A stretch of 64,000 bases of DNA from Nostoc sp. (GTDB taxonomy: Bacteria > Cyanobacteriota > Cyanobacteriia > Cyanobacteriales > Nostocaceae), in NCBI GenBank assembly GCA_036918135.1, contig JBALDB010000001.1:32001-96000 (forward strand), in the 5' to 3' direction. A program made the translations under genes and the position numbers. Under the pieces are notes generated by a model. That model ran no database searches. It worked only from the letters and a program-made list of their open reading frames with translations, and was not told the origin of the DNA. Below are positions 51,002-61,300 of this stretch, in pieces (the stretch's first letter is position 1; every line of letters begins with the position of its first letter).

Positions 51002-51601
51002 GTGATTAAAAATGATATCTGGATTACTAAAATGGCCCAAAAGGGTATAATTTCACCCTTTGAACCAAGTTTAATCCGAAAACTACAACAAGATGAGTCT
51101 TTAGCACTTGTGCCTGTAATTAGCTACGGTTTATCTTCTTATGGCTACGATATACGTCTTTCCCCGGCTGAGTTTCGCATTTTTCGGCATATTCCTGGAA
51201 CTGTAGTCGATCCGAAAAATTTTAATCCTCAAAATCTGGAGCCAACAGCACTGCATACAGATGCAAATGGCAGTTACTTTATTTTACCTGCTCACTCCTA
51301 TGGTCTGGGAGTTGCTTTAGAAAAGCTGGAGGTTCCAAATAATATTACAGTAATTTGTATAGGAAAATCTACTTACGCAAGATGTGGTATAATAGCAAAC
51401 TTAACCCCAGCTGAAGCTGCATGGCGGGGTCATCTTACGTTGGAATTTTCTAATTCTTCTAGCGCTGACTGTCGCGTATACGCTAACGAAGGCGTAGTGC
51501 AATTGCTATTTTTAGAAGGTGAACCTTGTGCTATTAGTTACGAAGCAAGACAAGGTAAATATCAGGATCAGTTAGAAATTGTGACTTTGGCTCGTGTTTA
51601 G
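51002..51601 (+). CDS. dcd: dCTP deaminase
   Basis: SYGLSSYGYD, GKSTYARCG, YANEG, GKYQ. Confidence 0.95.
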   Translation: MIKNDIWITKMAQKGIISPFEPSLIRKLQQDESLALVPVISYGLSSYGYDIRLSPAEFRIFRHIPGTVVDPKNFNPQNLEPTALHTDANGSYFILPAHSYGLGVALEKLEVPNNITVICIGKSTYARCGIIANLTPAEAAWRGHLTLEFSNSSSADCRVYANEGVVQLLFLEGEPCAISYEARQGKYQDQLEIVTLARV

Positions 51602-51623
51602 ACCTAATAATATCTAAAAAATT

Positions 51624-51998
51624 TTACACAAAAATACAACTTAGATCTATTTTGTTAAGTCCAAGTTGGTTTGTAATTTTGACATATTCATAGACTACAT
51701 AGTTTATATCAACAGTGGGAAGTTCATTTGATGTATGGTTTATTTTAGAGAGAGCAAAGCTTTTGTTAATCGAAGTTTTCGGAGGTAAGCCAGGAAGTGA
51801 GAAAAAAAGACTTAGGTTGTAAAAATATCCGTCTAAAGAGTCAGAAACAAAACCTCCAAAAGAGTAAACACTCCTACCTCCAGTACCGCCGTCTTCAAAC
51901 TTATAATTATTGATTCCTAACTGATTAGATATCTTTAACAACTCAATCACTCCACTTGGCTCCGAAAGTAAAAATTTGTCCTCTACACTGATGTTCAT
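51624..51998 (-). CDS. Hypothetical protein (possibly a fragment)
   Basis: 124-aa ORF; no recognisable motif. Confidence 0.4.
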   Translation of the reverse strand: MNISVEDKFLLSEPSGVIELLKISNQLGINNYKFEDGGTGGRSVYSFGGFVSDSLDGYFYNLSLFFSLPGLPPKTSINKSFALSKINHTSNELPTVDINYVVYEYVKITNQLGLNKIDLSCIFV

Positions 51999-52125
51999 AA
52001 AATTTTGTGAGTTTCTAAAATTTTGTCTTGATTGTAGCTCAAAAAATTCTCAAATTTTAAATTATAATGACTCAATTTACTGAAGGTGCTACTCGTGCCT
52101 GACCTAGATTCTGCTTTTGATATTA

Positions 52126-52404
52126 TTAATGCGATCGCTTGAAATCAAAACTAATAAATTGGAGAACCATCGCTTTATTCTGCAAAACATTCTCTAAGCC
52201 TTCAATTGTATTTACTACAACAATCCTGCGTAAAATCTTTTTCAATTGCTCTAATTCAGAAATTTGTAAAATTAACGACATCAACTCTAAACCATCGCTG
52301 CCAAATTCCGGCTCTAAACTTGTTTCAATGCTATACATTATTCCACATACTTCTCATTCACGTAAAATTTCTTGATACCAAGGTGACTCTATTAATACTG
52401 TCAT
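52126..52404 (-). pseudogene. C-terminal Rpn/DUF4351-like fragment with internal TGA
   Basis: MTVLIESPWYQEILRE*EVCGIMYSIETSLEPEFGSDGLELM. Confidence 0.6.
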
Positions 52405-52445
52405 ATCGACTTGTTAAATTCAAAAATCAAGGGGGGATTTGATAA

Positions 52446-53168
52446 TTAAGGCGCTAACCTTGCCCTACCTAGACGCTGCTTTTCATACCATTGAGCGATC
52501 GCAGGTGCCCAATCTGCAAAATGAGGCCACATCATTTCACACAACTTTTGAATTTCAAGTTGAGCATCTTTCTTATTTCTCAGGTCACAAAAGTGTAAGA
52601 AAGACCTTAGATTAAAACTAACTACAAAATGCTGGCGATAGTCAAAAGGTACTTTACCTCTTGCGTGTTCTTCAGACATCCCAGCCTCAAAATCAGCTTT
52701 ATAGCGTAAGACGGCGTCTTCACACCACTGCAAATCTGCTGCTCGTTGTTCTGGCGAATAGTGGTACTTTTTGCCTTGTCTATCAGTGTAATAACCAATG
52801 GGACGTAGATAAAAAACATCTTCTATGTCTTTTTTACCTTCTACTACATCAATAAATTGGTTACCTGTATATCTAAATGATTGAACATCAAATGATACGC
52901 TAACTCGATGAGTACGAGCCTGTTGCATGACACTGTGAGGAAAGTAGCCACAGTTAAAAACAATCTGAGGATGCTCTAGAGGCCCATAGTGTCCCCTCTC
53001 ACCCGCTAAAAGTCGCTTAACAATAATTTCGCCGCTTTGTGACTCCGAGGGCCAGGAGTCACGCTCGTCAAAGACGAAAGACTCGGTATAGTCTTGGTGC
53101 ATCGCAGCGTAAATCACCTGCTGCGGGTTTGGTGTTTTGGCAATAACCTCTACTCGAAATCGATGCAT
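52446..53168 (-). CDS. thyX: FAD-dependent thymidylate synthase
   Basis: GHYGPLEH, QARTHR, VQSFRY, AQLEI. Confidence 0.93.
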   Translation of the reverse strand: MHRFRVEVIAKTPNPQQVIYAAMHQDYTESFVFDERDSWPSESQSGEIIVKRLLAGERGHYGPLEHPQIVFNCGYFPHSVMQQARTHRVSVSFDVQSFRYTGNQFIDVVEGKKDIEDVFYLRPIGYYTDRQGKKYHYSPEQRAADLQWCEDAVLRYKADFEAGMSEEHARGKVPFDYRQHFVVSFNLRSFLHFCDLRNKKDAQLEIQKLCEMMWPHFADWAPAIAQWYEKQRLGRARLAP

Positions 53169-53320
53169 TTGCTGTTGGGGAACGGATTTGTAACTGAAAG
53201 TGCTTACGAACAAGGAGCAAAGCTTGTTGGTTAAACACGGCTTTGAACTCGAACCATCATATCTCTGGCTTGGACTTCTACTTGACCGGATTAAAATACT
53301 TTACAAATATTAATAAAGTT

Positions 53321-53338
53321 GTTACAGTTATTTACATA
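53321..53338 (+). promoter_or_regulatory. HLR1-like (RpaB) direct repeat upstream of hli
   Basis: GTTACAGT-TA-TTTACATA, 22 nt before the ATG. Confidence 0.7.
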
Positions 53339-53360
53339 ACAAAGAGATGGAGAAAATTTT

Positions 53361-53576
53361 ATGCGTGCAACCACTGCTATAGTTGACGACCAGGGCAAAC
53401 TTAACAATTTTGCGATCGAGCCAAGAGTTTATATAGATGAGCAAGGCGATCGCACAGGCTTCACTCCTTTTGCAGAACTGCTCAATGGTCGTTTAGCAAT
53501 GATTGGTTTTGTCTGTGTAATCGCATTAGAGGTACTAACAGGACACGGCGTCGTTGGTCTTTTGACAAGCTTATAA
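53361..53576 (+). CDS. High-light-inducible protein (CAB/ELIP/HLIP)
   Basis: GKLNNFAIEP, GFTPFAELLNGRLAMIGF. Confidence 0.93.
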   Translation: MRATTAIVDDQGKLNNFAIEPRVYIDEQGDRTGFTPFAELLNGRLAMIGFVCVIALEVLTGHGVVGLLTSL

Positions 53577-53610
53577 AAACTGATTTTTGTAACGTAAACT
53601 TTCAACGAAC

Positions 53611-53640
53611 TTAAGAGACGGGATATCTCCCGTCTCTTAA
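53611..53640 (+). terminator. Hairpin after hli
   Basis: TTAAGAGACGGGA-TATC-TCCCGTCTCTTAA. Confidence 0.7.
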
Positions 53641-53719
53641 ATTTATGTAAAACTTAGTGCTAGAGTGAAAATATACTGATAGTGAAAGCCCTTATCAGCG
53701 TAAAAGTATCGGGTGAACT

Positions 53720-54301
53720 ATGGCTTTAACAGCTTCAACAATGTTGCCACTAGGCACAAAAGCACCAGATTTTGATCTACCGGAAGTGGTATCTGGAAAG
53801 GCAACCTCACTTTCCACCTTTGCCGATAAAAAAGCACTATTGGTAATGTTTATTTGTCGGCATTGCCCATTTGTCAAGCATGTGCAACAAGAATTAGCCC
53901 AGTTAGGGAGAGATTATTTTACAGGTGATTTAGCGATCGTTGCCATTAGTGCTAACGATGCAAAGAATTACCCAGATGATGCACCAGACTCATTAAAAGC
54001 ATTTGTGACAGAACAAGGGTTTACTTTTACCTTCTGCTATGACGAGAGCCAGGAAACGGCAAAAGCTTACACAGCAGCTTGCACGCCAGATTTTTTTGTA
54101 TTTGACGAACAACGCAAACTTGTTTATCGAGGGCAATTAGATGATAGTCGTCCCAGTAATGGTAAACCTGTAACGGGTGCAGATTTACGGGCAGCTATTG
54201 AAGCAGTACTGACTGGTAAACGTATTACAAGCGAGCAAAAGCCAAGTGTTGGTTGCAATATTAAATGGAAACCTGGAAACCAACCTAGTTATTTTGGTTG
54301 A
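53720..54301 (+). CDS. Thioredoxin-fold AhpC/TSA-like protein
   Basis: FICRHCPFV, AACTPDFF, YRGQLDDSRP, GCNIKW. Confidence 0.9.
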   Translation: MALTASTMLPLGTKAPDFDLPEVVSGKATSLSTFADKKALLVMFICRHCPFVKHVQQELAQLGRDYFTGDLAIVAISANDAKNYPDDAPDSLKAFVTEQGFTFTFCYDESQETAKAYTAACTPDFFVFDEQRKLVYRGQLDDSRPSNGKPVTGADLRAAIEAVLTGKRITSEQKPSVGCNIKWKPGNQPSYFG

Positions 54302-54381
54302 AAGGCATAAGCTATGAGAAGTGCTAAGTAGCTAACTGCTGAGTTGGGAGTTAGGAGTTATTCTCCTCCACTCCCTACATA

Positions 54382-54894
54382 TCAGTGTTTAATTTCCAAA
54401 TTCAGAATGTAACGTCCTAGTTGGATTTTTTCTGCCCATAATTCATATTCCAATCGTAAATGCTCTGGTAAGGGATGTCCGTTGAGAGCTAAGCTACTAG
54501 TAAAATTTCGTAAACGAATCGGATCGTTAGATTGGAATGACTCAGTTGGCAACCAATAACGACTAATACCATAAACACCCTGTTCCCAGAAGTGACGGTA
54601 ACTCACTTGAGCGCTACCTTGCATAGTCATAATTACTCGATACGGAGAAATCTCTAACCACAAAATTCTGGGACTATTAGGGGCGTAAGCTTTTCTTTGA
54701 CTTTGCGAAGAAGTATCCTCAGGACTAAGGACACTCTCTACTTCACAAGTAATTAGGGGCGGTGCGGTCAACAGTAAATGAAATCGGTCAGTGTCTTTTT
54801 GATATAATGTCCCGGCAGTTTCAACAACAGACCAGATTGGTAGGTCAGTAGAAATAATAGATAAGCACACGGGCTTGCGATGATGGGTCAGCAT
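54382..54894 (-). CDS. Conserved hypothetical cyanobacterial protein
   Basis: 170-aa ORF with normal composition (LWLEISPYRV, SYRHFWEQG). Confidence 0.7.
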   Translation of the reverse strand: MLTHHRKPVCLSIISTDLPIWSVVETAGTLYQKDTDRFHLLLTAPPLITCEVESVLSPEDTSSQSQRKAYAPNSPRILWLEISPYRVIMTMQGSAQVSYRHFWEQGVYGISRYWLPTESFQSNDPIRLRNFTSSLALNGHPLPEHLRLEYELWAEKIQLGRYILNLEIKH

Positions 54895-55633
54895 GGGAGC
54901 GATAAGGGCTAAAAGCTATTGAACAAAATGAAATGAACACTAGGAGTCTAATGGTCAGGGTAAGAAACTAAATAATAAAACAGGCTTAATATTAACTGAA
55001 TTTGCTGGTTGGCTAAGTTACACAAATTGGGATAAAAACAGGTAATACGTAAGCTGAGACAGCAAAAACAGCAGTTTTTCTAGAGAGAGCTAATTTCTAA
55101 TTAAAGCTTGTAAATATTCTAAAGCTATAGACCGAAAACAGTGGGAGTCTTTAGTAGATGCTAAAAAACCTTCTTGGGAGACTTACCGTAAATTTGAGTA
55201 AGTTTCATACAAGAAAAAGCTTAGGATACTAAGTAAAGAAGTAACCAGCAGTGACAAATCAACTCGCCGATCGACTTCTGGTGTATTCAAAAGCCAGTGT
55301 ATCCTACTGTTGGCTTTTGTTATAACCGTAGAAATTCCAGATGACTAATGAGTGTTGACTGTCAACAGTGGAATATTTTTTTATTTGTCAGTCCCTTGGT
55401 GTTAAATCGTTCGGAGTTGAATAGCCAAAATACGCCAGGGGTAATGCTGATATTGTTATTAACCCTGTAGTTAAAGAAAGTTTCTAAATGATAAGGAGTC
55501 GTGTCTTGCGGACGAATAGCAATTCCCCCTGTAGACTGTCGGTATAAGCGGCTGTCTGAAAATCACTGCGGCTGCATTTCTTTTACCAAACATCGTCTCT
55601 AACATGCAACCCGGCTGACCAGCTACTAAAGGT

Positions 55634-55649
55634 TGTAGAAGTATCTACA
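55634..55649. promoter_or_regulatory. Candidate NtcA box
   Basis: TGTA-GAAGTATC-TACA matches TGTA-N8-TACA. Confidence 0.5.
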
Positions 55650-55939
55650 TTTGACAAATTACCGAAAAGCAAAGCACCCGATACTGAGAAGATATTTTAA
55701 AAGTAGGCGGATATTACAAGAAAGCTCACAAGGCGGATGCTGAAATTTGTAGAAACCAGCACTTTATGAGTGAATGACGCGCTTTTGACCTTTGAAACAT
55801 CCTCTTAGACATCAATGGTATGTCGTAGATTTCAGTATTTGTAATTTCTCATGTGGATTTCGGCAAAATCAATGTTTTTTACGACAGCGGAATAATATTA
55901 ATTTATAGAGCAGGAGTTGCAAATCAGAATAGCTTTGGA

Positions 55940-56230
55940 CTATTCAGGGTTGAGGATTTTTGGTACTTTGAAAAATTCACCCTCTTGTTCAGGGGCACCA
56001 TTGAGGATGCTTTCGCGGTCAGGATAAGGTTGCAACTCATCTTGGCGTGTGACATTACTAACATCTATTGCTCGTGTTGTTGGAGACACCTTATTAACAT
56101 CAAGTTCGTTGAGTTGTTCAATATAATCGAGAATACTTCCCAATTGAGTGGTAAATTGTTCTTCTTCTTCTGGGGTTAACTCTAAGCGAGCAAGATTAGC
56201 TACTTTGTGTACTTGTTCTTGGTCAATCAT
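55940..56230 (-). CDS. gatC: Asp/Glu-tRNA amidotransferase subunit C
   Basis: VANLARLEL...FFKVPKI. Confidence 0.95.
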   Translation of the reverse strand: MIDQEQVHKVANLARLELTPEEEEQFTTQLGSILDYIEQLNELDVNKVSPTTRAIDVSNVTRQDELQPYPDRESILNGAPEQEGEFFKVPKILNPE

Positions 56231-56240
56231 ATTTTTTTAA

Positions 56241-56278
56241 TTAGGAGTTAGGAGTTAGGAGTCAGGAGTCAGGAGTCA
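56241..56278. repeat. STRR heptamer tandem repeat
   Basis: TTAGGAG x3, TCAGGAG x2. Confidence 0.8.
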
Positions 56279-56330
56279 ATAGTCATAATTTATAACTCTT
56301 AACTCCTCATTCCTCACTTTTAACTCACTT

Positions 56331-56852
56331 TTAGAAGAATACGTCAATTTGCGATCGCCCTGTAGTTTTCAACCAGTTTTGAGCTTCAATATAGTTATTG
56401 GGAGCCATGCGAATAGCTCGAATCCAATAGTCTGCGGCTTGGTCAAACAGTGCTTCGCCAGCGTCGTTATCTCCAGTTTCTTTTGCTTTTTCGCCTTGGT
56501 AGTGATAAATCACGGCGATGTTGTTCAAGGCTTGGGGTAAGCGTGGGTTTAACTCAATTGCTTGGTGATACAATTCTAAAGCCTTGTCGTGGTCGCCGTT
56601 GCTGGCGTAAATTAGCCCCATATTGTAGAGAATGTAGCCGCGATCGTTGGGGTCTTCTTCTAGTGTTAAAGCTTCTTCATAGTATTCCAATGCTTCGGCA
56701 TATTCTCCTTCTGCTTGGGCCGACATGCCATCTCGATAATACACAAAGGCTTCTTTAGCTTTTTTGTTGGCTGGCAGGATCTTCAGTATGATATCTGCCA
56801 TCACTGTAAAGGATTTGTCAATAAAATTATCGTTTTTTTGCGTTCTTGGCAT
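56331..56852 (-). CDS. ycf3: Photosystem I assembly protein Ycf3
   Basis: [32 protein letters not shown]. Confidence 0.97.
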   Translation of the reverse strand: MPRTQKNDNFIDKSFTVMADIILKILPANKKAKEAFVYYRDGMSAQAEGEYAEALEYYEEALTLEEDPNDRGYILYNMGLIYASNGDHDKALELYHQAIELNPRLPQALNNIAVIYHYQGEKAKETGDNDAGEALFDQAADYWIRAIRMAPNNYIEAQNWLKTTGRSQIDVFF

Positions 56853-56945
56853 AGTTGTCTCAGGGTACTGGGTGTTGGGGACTGGGTATTAGGAAAACTC
56901 TTCTCTAGTCCATAGTATACAGTCCTAATCCCCAATCCCTTATCT

Positions 56946-57623
56946 CTAGTCCCCACTAATCGACCTGATACATTCTGGACTATTATGCCGAGAGTTGTTG
57001 ACTAAGGTGCTAACTGGATAGGCTGTCATGGCTGGGGCTGGATAGGGATGCAATAGCTGTTGTAGGGTTTGGGGCGTTTGCTGTTGGGAATCTAGCCATA
57101 ACTCGTAATCTTGCGGCTCTAGAATTACTGGCATCCGTTCGTGGATAGGTTGGAGTAATTCATTGGCTGCTGTTGTCAAAATTGTACAAGAAATTATTTC
57201 TTCGTTGGCAGGCGAGTGCCATCTCTCCCACAAACCTGCAAAAGCAAACGGTTGCCCATCTTGGAGACGAAAATAAAATGGCTGCTTTTTGCCTTGTTGA
57301 CGTTGCCATTCATAAAAGCCATCAGCTAGAACTAAACAGCGTCGATGCTTAAAGGCTGACCGAAAAGCAGGTTTTTCGGCAACAGTTTCCGCTCTGGCAT
57401 TAATCAATTTTGCCCCCATTCCTGGATCTTTTGCCCATGAGGGAATTAATCCCCAATGCAACTGCTGAAATTCACGCTTTTTGCTTTCTGGATTTTGTAA
57501 CACTGTTGCCACTATCTGCGTAGGTGCGATGTTATATCCGGTTGCTAAATCAGGAAGTTGTTGAACATCAAAAACTTTAGCTAAAGCTTCTGCTGATTGG
57601 TTTAGAGTAAATCTTCCACACAT
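56946..57623 (-). CDS. SOS response-associated peptidase (SRAP/YedK)
   Basis: MCGRF, YNIAPTQ, INARAET, GFYEW, HERMPV. Confidence 0.93.
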   Translation of the reverse strand: MCGRFTLNQSAEALAKVFDVQQLPDLATGYNIAPTQIVATVLQNPESKKREFQQLHWGLIPSWAKDPGMGAKLINARAETVAEKPAFRSAFKHRRCLVLADGFYEWQRQQGKKQPFYFRLQDGQPFAFAGLWERWHSPANEEIISCTILTTAANELLQPIHERMPVILEPQDYELWLDSQQQTPQTLQQLLHPYPAPAMTAYPVSTLVNNSRHNSPECIRSISGD

Positions 57624-57820
57624 ACTTTTATTCTCTAGGGTTGAATAAATTAAACATCTTAGTCTCGAAATCAATAATACTTTTTTTATTTTTAGAGATA
57701 ATTTTATCTACTACTAAGAAGTTAAATATAAAAAAAATTATCCGGTTTTATGAAAATATTTTGGTAAAATATTTTATTTTGAACCCAAAGTTCTCAACAT
57801 ATTCCTTACTGTATTTTAAC

Positions 57821-58453
57821 ATGGAACTACTGCGTTTGTACGATTTTTTACCTTCTGGGAATAGCTATAAGATACGTCTTTTATTAACACAACTAGGTAT
57901 GCCTTTTGAAACGGTAGAGGTTAATATCTTGAAAGGCGAGACTCGAACACCAGAATTTTTAAGTAAAAATCCTAACGGCAAGATTCCTGTTTTGGAAATC
58001 GAGCCAGGAAAATATTTGGCAGAATCAAATGCTATATTGGTTTATCTAAGTGAAGGTACAGAATTTTTACCTTACGATCGCTTTTTGCGATCGCAAGTCC
58101 TGCAATGGTTATTTTTTGAGCAGTATAGCCATGAACCTTTTATTGCCACATCAAGATTTTGGATCTCTATTTTAGGTAAAGCTGAAGAATATAGTGAAGC
58201 ATTAAAGCAAAAACGCGAACCAGGTTATGCAGCATTTAACTTGATGGAAAAACACTTAACTGCTCAAACTTTTTTTGTAGGAGAGCGTTACACGATTGCT
58301 GATATTGCCTTGTTTGCCTATACTCATGTAGCTGATGAAGGTGGATTTGATTTAACACGATTTCCTGCTATCCAAGCTTGGATAGAAAGAGTCAAAGCGC
58401 AGTCCAGGTATATTAGTATCAAAGATGTACACAAAGATCTACAATATTATTAA
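57821..58453 (+). CDS. Glutathione S-transferase family protein
   Basis: SGNSYK, NPNGKIPVL, ESNAIL, FFEQYSHEP. Confidence 0.9.
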   Translation: MELLRLYDFLPSGNSYKIRLLLTQLGMPFETVEVNILKGETRTPEFLSKNPNGKIPVLEIEPGKYLAESNAILVYLSEGTEFLPYDRFLRSQVLQWLFFEQYSHEPFIATSRFWISILGKAEEYSEALKQKREPGYAAFNLMEKHLTAQTFFVGERYTIADIALFAYTHVADEGGFDLTRFPAIQAWIERVKAQSRYISIKDVHKDLQYY

Positions 58454-58561
58454 AAATTCCGTTTTGCTAGTTTATGCCTCTCAATTGTTAGTCGCACGTG
58501 ATACAGAGCATTAGATCGAGTCTTACCAAGCAGCGAACCGATAAAGATAAAATAATCAACA

Positions 58562-58789
58562 CTAGATAAGTGTGTCAATTTCAATCAGCTTTTGCCGAGA
58601 GGACAAACCAGACTTAATTGTGATATCAGATTTAGCTACACCAAATTTCTCTGCAAGAAGCTTAATTAACTCTTCATTGGCCTTCCCATCAACTGGGGGC
58701 GATTTTAAATATACAATCAAGCTACCATCAGGTTGCTCTGTGATTTTTTGCTGTTTGGAGTTAGGTTTAACTTTGACTTTTTTTTGCAT
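58562..58789 (-). CDS. DUF167/YggU family protein
   Basis: [25 protein letters not shown]. Confidence 0.9.
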   Translation of the reverse strand: MQKKVKVKPNSKQQKITEQPDGSLIVYLKSPPVDGKANEELIKLLAEKFGVAKSDITIKSGLSSRQKLIEIDTLI

Positions 58790-59183
58790 AACCAATTTTT
58801 AGTAATTGTTGCAGCCATAACCAACCTAAAACACAACCTAATAGGTAATGAGGAAAATCCCACCAAACAAAGGTAGTACCAAGTAATAATTTGCCTATGA
58901 AGGTGGCGCGAATCTCATCTAATAGTGGCGGATGCCAAAGTTGCAAGAATTCTATTATACAGGTGACGATAAAAACCCATATTGGGATTTGGACTACTGC
59001 CGCTCGACTTCTAAAAAACCAAAATGCAAACAGACACCAAAATATTTCATAAAGTATATCTCCTCCGTAGTCATTAAACCACTTATAGCCAGAGCCAGTG
59101 TAATACTTAAAGAAAAAGCCCATCGGTACAACGATGAGCATAGAAAGAATAATATATATTGTTTGGTTTCGGTTTCGGCGCAT
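58767..59183 (-). CDS. DUF2809 membrane protein
   Basis: GGDILY, IEFLQL, LLLGTTF. Confidence 0.78.
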   Translation of the reverse strand: MRRNRNQTIYIILSMLIVVPMGFFFKYYTGSGYKWFNDYGGDILYEIFWCLFAFWFFRSRAAVVQIPIWVFIVTCIIEFLQLWHPPLLDEIRATFIGKLLLGTTFVWWDFPHYLLGCVLGWLWLQQLLKIGYAKKSQS

Positions 59184-59360
59184 TTTCTGAAAGCTTAGAG
59201 ACTAAGCAAAATTTTAGCCTCTGCAATGAAAATTGGGCACTGGGGACTAGGGATTTGGAATTGAGGGTGCTAAGTGACGAGTTAAGAATTAAGAATTTAT
59301 TTTTTGTCCCCTTGTCCTCTTTTCACCTCATCTTGCCCAATGCCCAGTTCCAGTTCCGAT

Positions 59361-59912
59361 TTATGGATATCTTCGACTACCAGCACCGACTACACCAATT
59401 TTATGGCGATAGGAGAGTTCGGCACCGAACCAACCGGAAGCGCTAGTCAGCGTACCAACAATCAGCGAGATAACCAATCCCCAAGGTAATATTCCAGATT
59501 CAGGATCGCCTAAGCGTAGGAGGAAGTTGATGAGTGTTAAAACCAGGATAGAAACGTTAAGTATCAAATGTGCCCAACCAGCGCTCCGCTTGCGGACTCG
59601 TTCGATTTTAAAAAAGTCACTCAGACCGATCGCAGCTGCAAGAACGCCTCCCCCTAGTCCAAGTCCGATTAACCATAGCGAAGCCCTAGCCCAGAAAAAA
59701 TCATGGGTTAACCAGTAACCGAAATCACTTCCCAAGGCTGCGGCTAAAAAGGCGATGGGAAATATTACACTCAAGGGGTGGAGTGGATGTCCGGCGATCG
59801 CAACTGTGCTAGGTACACCGGTATCAACATACTCACTATCGTTACTTTCAATAATTGGTGGAATATTTGGAAAAGGTGTTGAATTTGTTTGGGTTGTTTC
59901 TGTAGTTTCCAT
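59361..59912 (-). CDS. DUF2231 membrane protein
   Basis: AIAGHPLHP..V.FP, GWFGAELSYRH. Confidence 0.8.
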   Translation of the reverse strand: METTETTQTNSTPFPNIPPIIESNDSEYVDTGVPSTVAIAGHPLHPLSVIFPIAFLAAALGSDFGYWLTHDFFWARASLWLIGLGLGGGVLAAAIGLSDFFKIERVRKRSAGWAHLILNVSILVLTLINFLLRLGDPESGILPWGLVISLIVGTLTSASGWFGAELSYRHKIGVVGAGSRRYP

Positions 59913-59942
59913 TACCAGTATCCTGAATTTATTATCAGTTTT

Positions 59943-60683
59943 TTAAGCAGAAGGAATTTGTTCTACATAAGCTTGAGCTTCCATTGTTAGTTTACCAACT
60001 TCTACTTTTAGTTGATTAACTTGTAAGCTTATTCCTTCTAAATCAAAGTTACTCAAATTCAAGATTTCGCTGGTTTGGTCTATCAAAGCTTTTGTTAAAT
60101 CCGGTGATATCTCCTCACTTTCGTTATACTCCACGTTTTTCAGTGAAACACTTTTTCCATTAGTATCAATACAAGGTACTGCTGAAAAGCCAACTTGTTG
60201 ATTTTCTCCTGTTTCTACTAATTTTACACTGGCGTTTATTGCGACTTTTCCCTCACCAGGTAATTGAAAGTCTACATGTTGCAGTTCAATAGTCCTCTGT
60301 TCGCCGTTAATATGTATTTTTTGATTTTGTAGTTGCGCTCGCACATATTCAGAGTTGAAGGCGCGATTGATATCAGCTTCAGTTAAAACAACTAGTGTTT
60401 TAGCTTCAGTAGGTTTTGTGAGTTCAATTTTGCCAAGAGCCACGCTCAGAGGATTAATGGCAACACTACTCATTTGCATTTCCAATTTCTCCATCCGAAG
60501 GTCTTTCTGGATTACTAAACCTTCGCCTTCAATTTTGACTGCATCTACCTCTCCCTGAAGCACTTTGAGCGGATCGGTTTTGATATCTACATCTAAATTT
60601 TCTGCTTCATCTAACTGGCTAGATATAGCTATTTCTGCCCCTTTATTTAGCGCTTGTTCTCCTAACCCAGGATTGTCTGACAT
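59943..60683 (-). CDS. DUF2993 (LmeA-like) protein
   Basis: LTEADINRAFNS and QLDEAENLDVDI patterns. Confidence 0.75.
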   Translation of the reverse strand: MSDNPGLGEQALNKGAEIAISSQLDEAENLDVDIKTDPLKVLQGEVDAVKIEGEGLVIQKDLRMEKLEMQMSSVAINPLSVALGKIELTKPTEAKTLVVLTEADINRAFNSEYVRAQLQNQKIHINGEQRTIELQHVDFQLPGEGKVAINASVKLVETGENQQVGFSAVPCIDTNGKSVSLKNVEYNESEEISPDLTKALIDQTSEILNLSNFDLEGISLQVNQLKVEVGKLTMEAQAYVEQIPSA

Positions 60684-61300
60684 TATTAAATTAACTCCTA
60701 CTTTGGAAATATTATATCCTTGAGTCAATTTAATAAACTACCATTATAATTTTATCTATCTGCCGATGTAGTAAATTTATAAATATTGTCTATCTAAAAG
60801 TAGAATCATAGAAATTAGAATATTTTTTAATTTTCTAATCTTAATTTTCAATCAAATCACTCAAAATAAAGATAAAATAAATAATAAACTTTATTTAAAA
60901 TAATACTATTTAAATAGAAAAATAAATTTAGATTTTTTGAAAAAAGCTCGTGCTATTGTTTTTAAGGCAATTTTTAAATATAATTGATAATAATTATCAA
61001 TTATTAGTTTCTATAATAAGTTTTTCTAAAGTGCAAAAATTCAGGTAGTATATATTGAAGATTATTGGAACGGATATTGAGTAATTCAATCGTCTCTAGG
61101 GGCAACTAAAGATTGCTTATTTTTACTGTAGATTAACTATTATACTAATTAAACACTATTAGCAATATATTCTTCCATTTTTGATACTGTAGAAGATATT
61201 TAGTTGCAAACCAAGAATTTTGTCTGGCAATTCTATTTTGCCTGTGGAGTAACTCCAAATAATATTTGTACAACTAATTTAAATTTAGTTTTAACTCATA

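Noticed and set aside
57641..57820. 60-aa N-terminal extension of the GST
   Set aside because: AT-rich divergent promoter region; ATG 57821 gives the normal family start.
60730..61300. Very AT-rich tract as a replication origin
   Set aside because: No DnaA-box cluster seen; typical divergent promoter region (as is 44010-44510).
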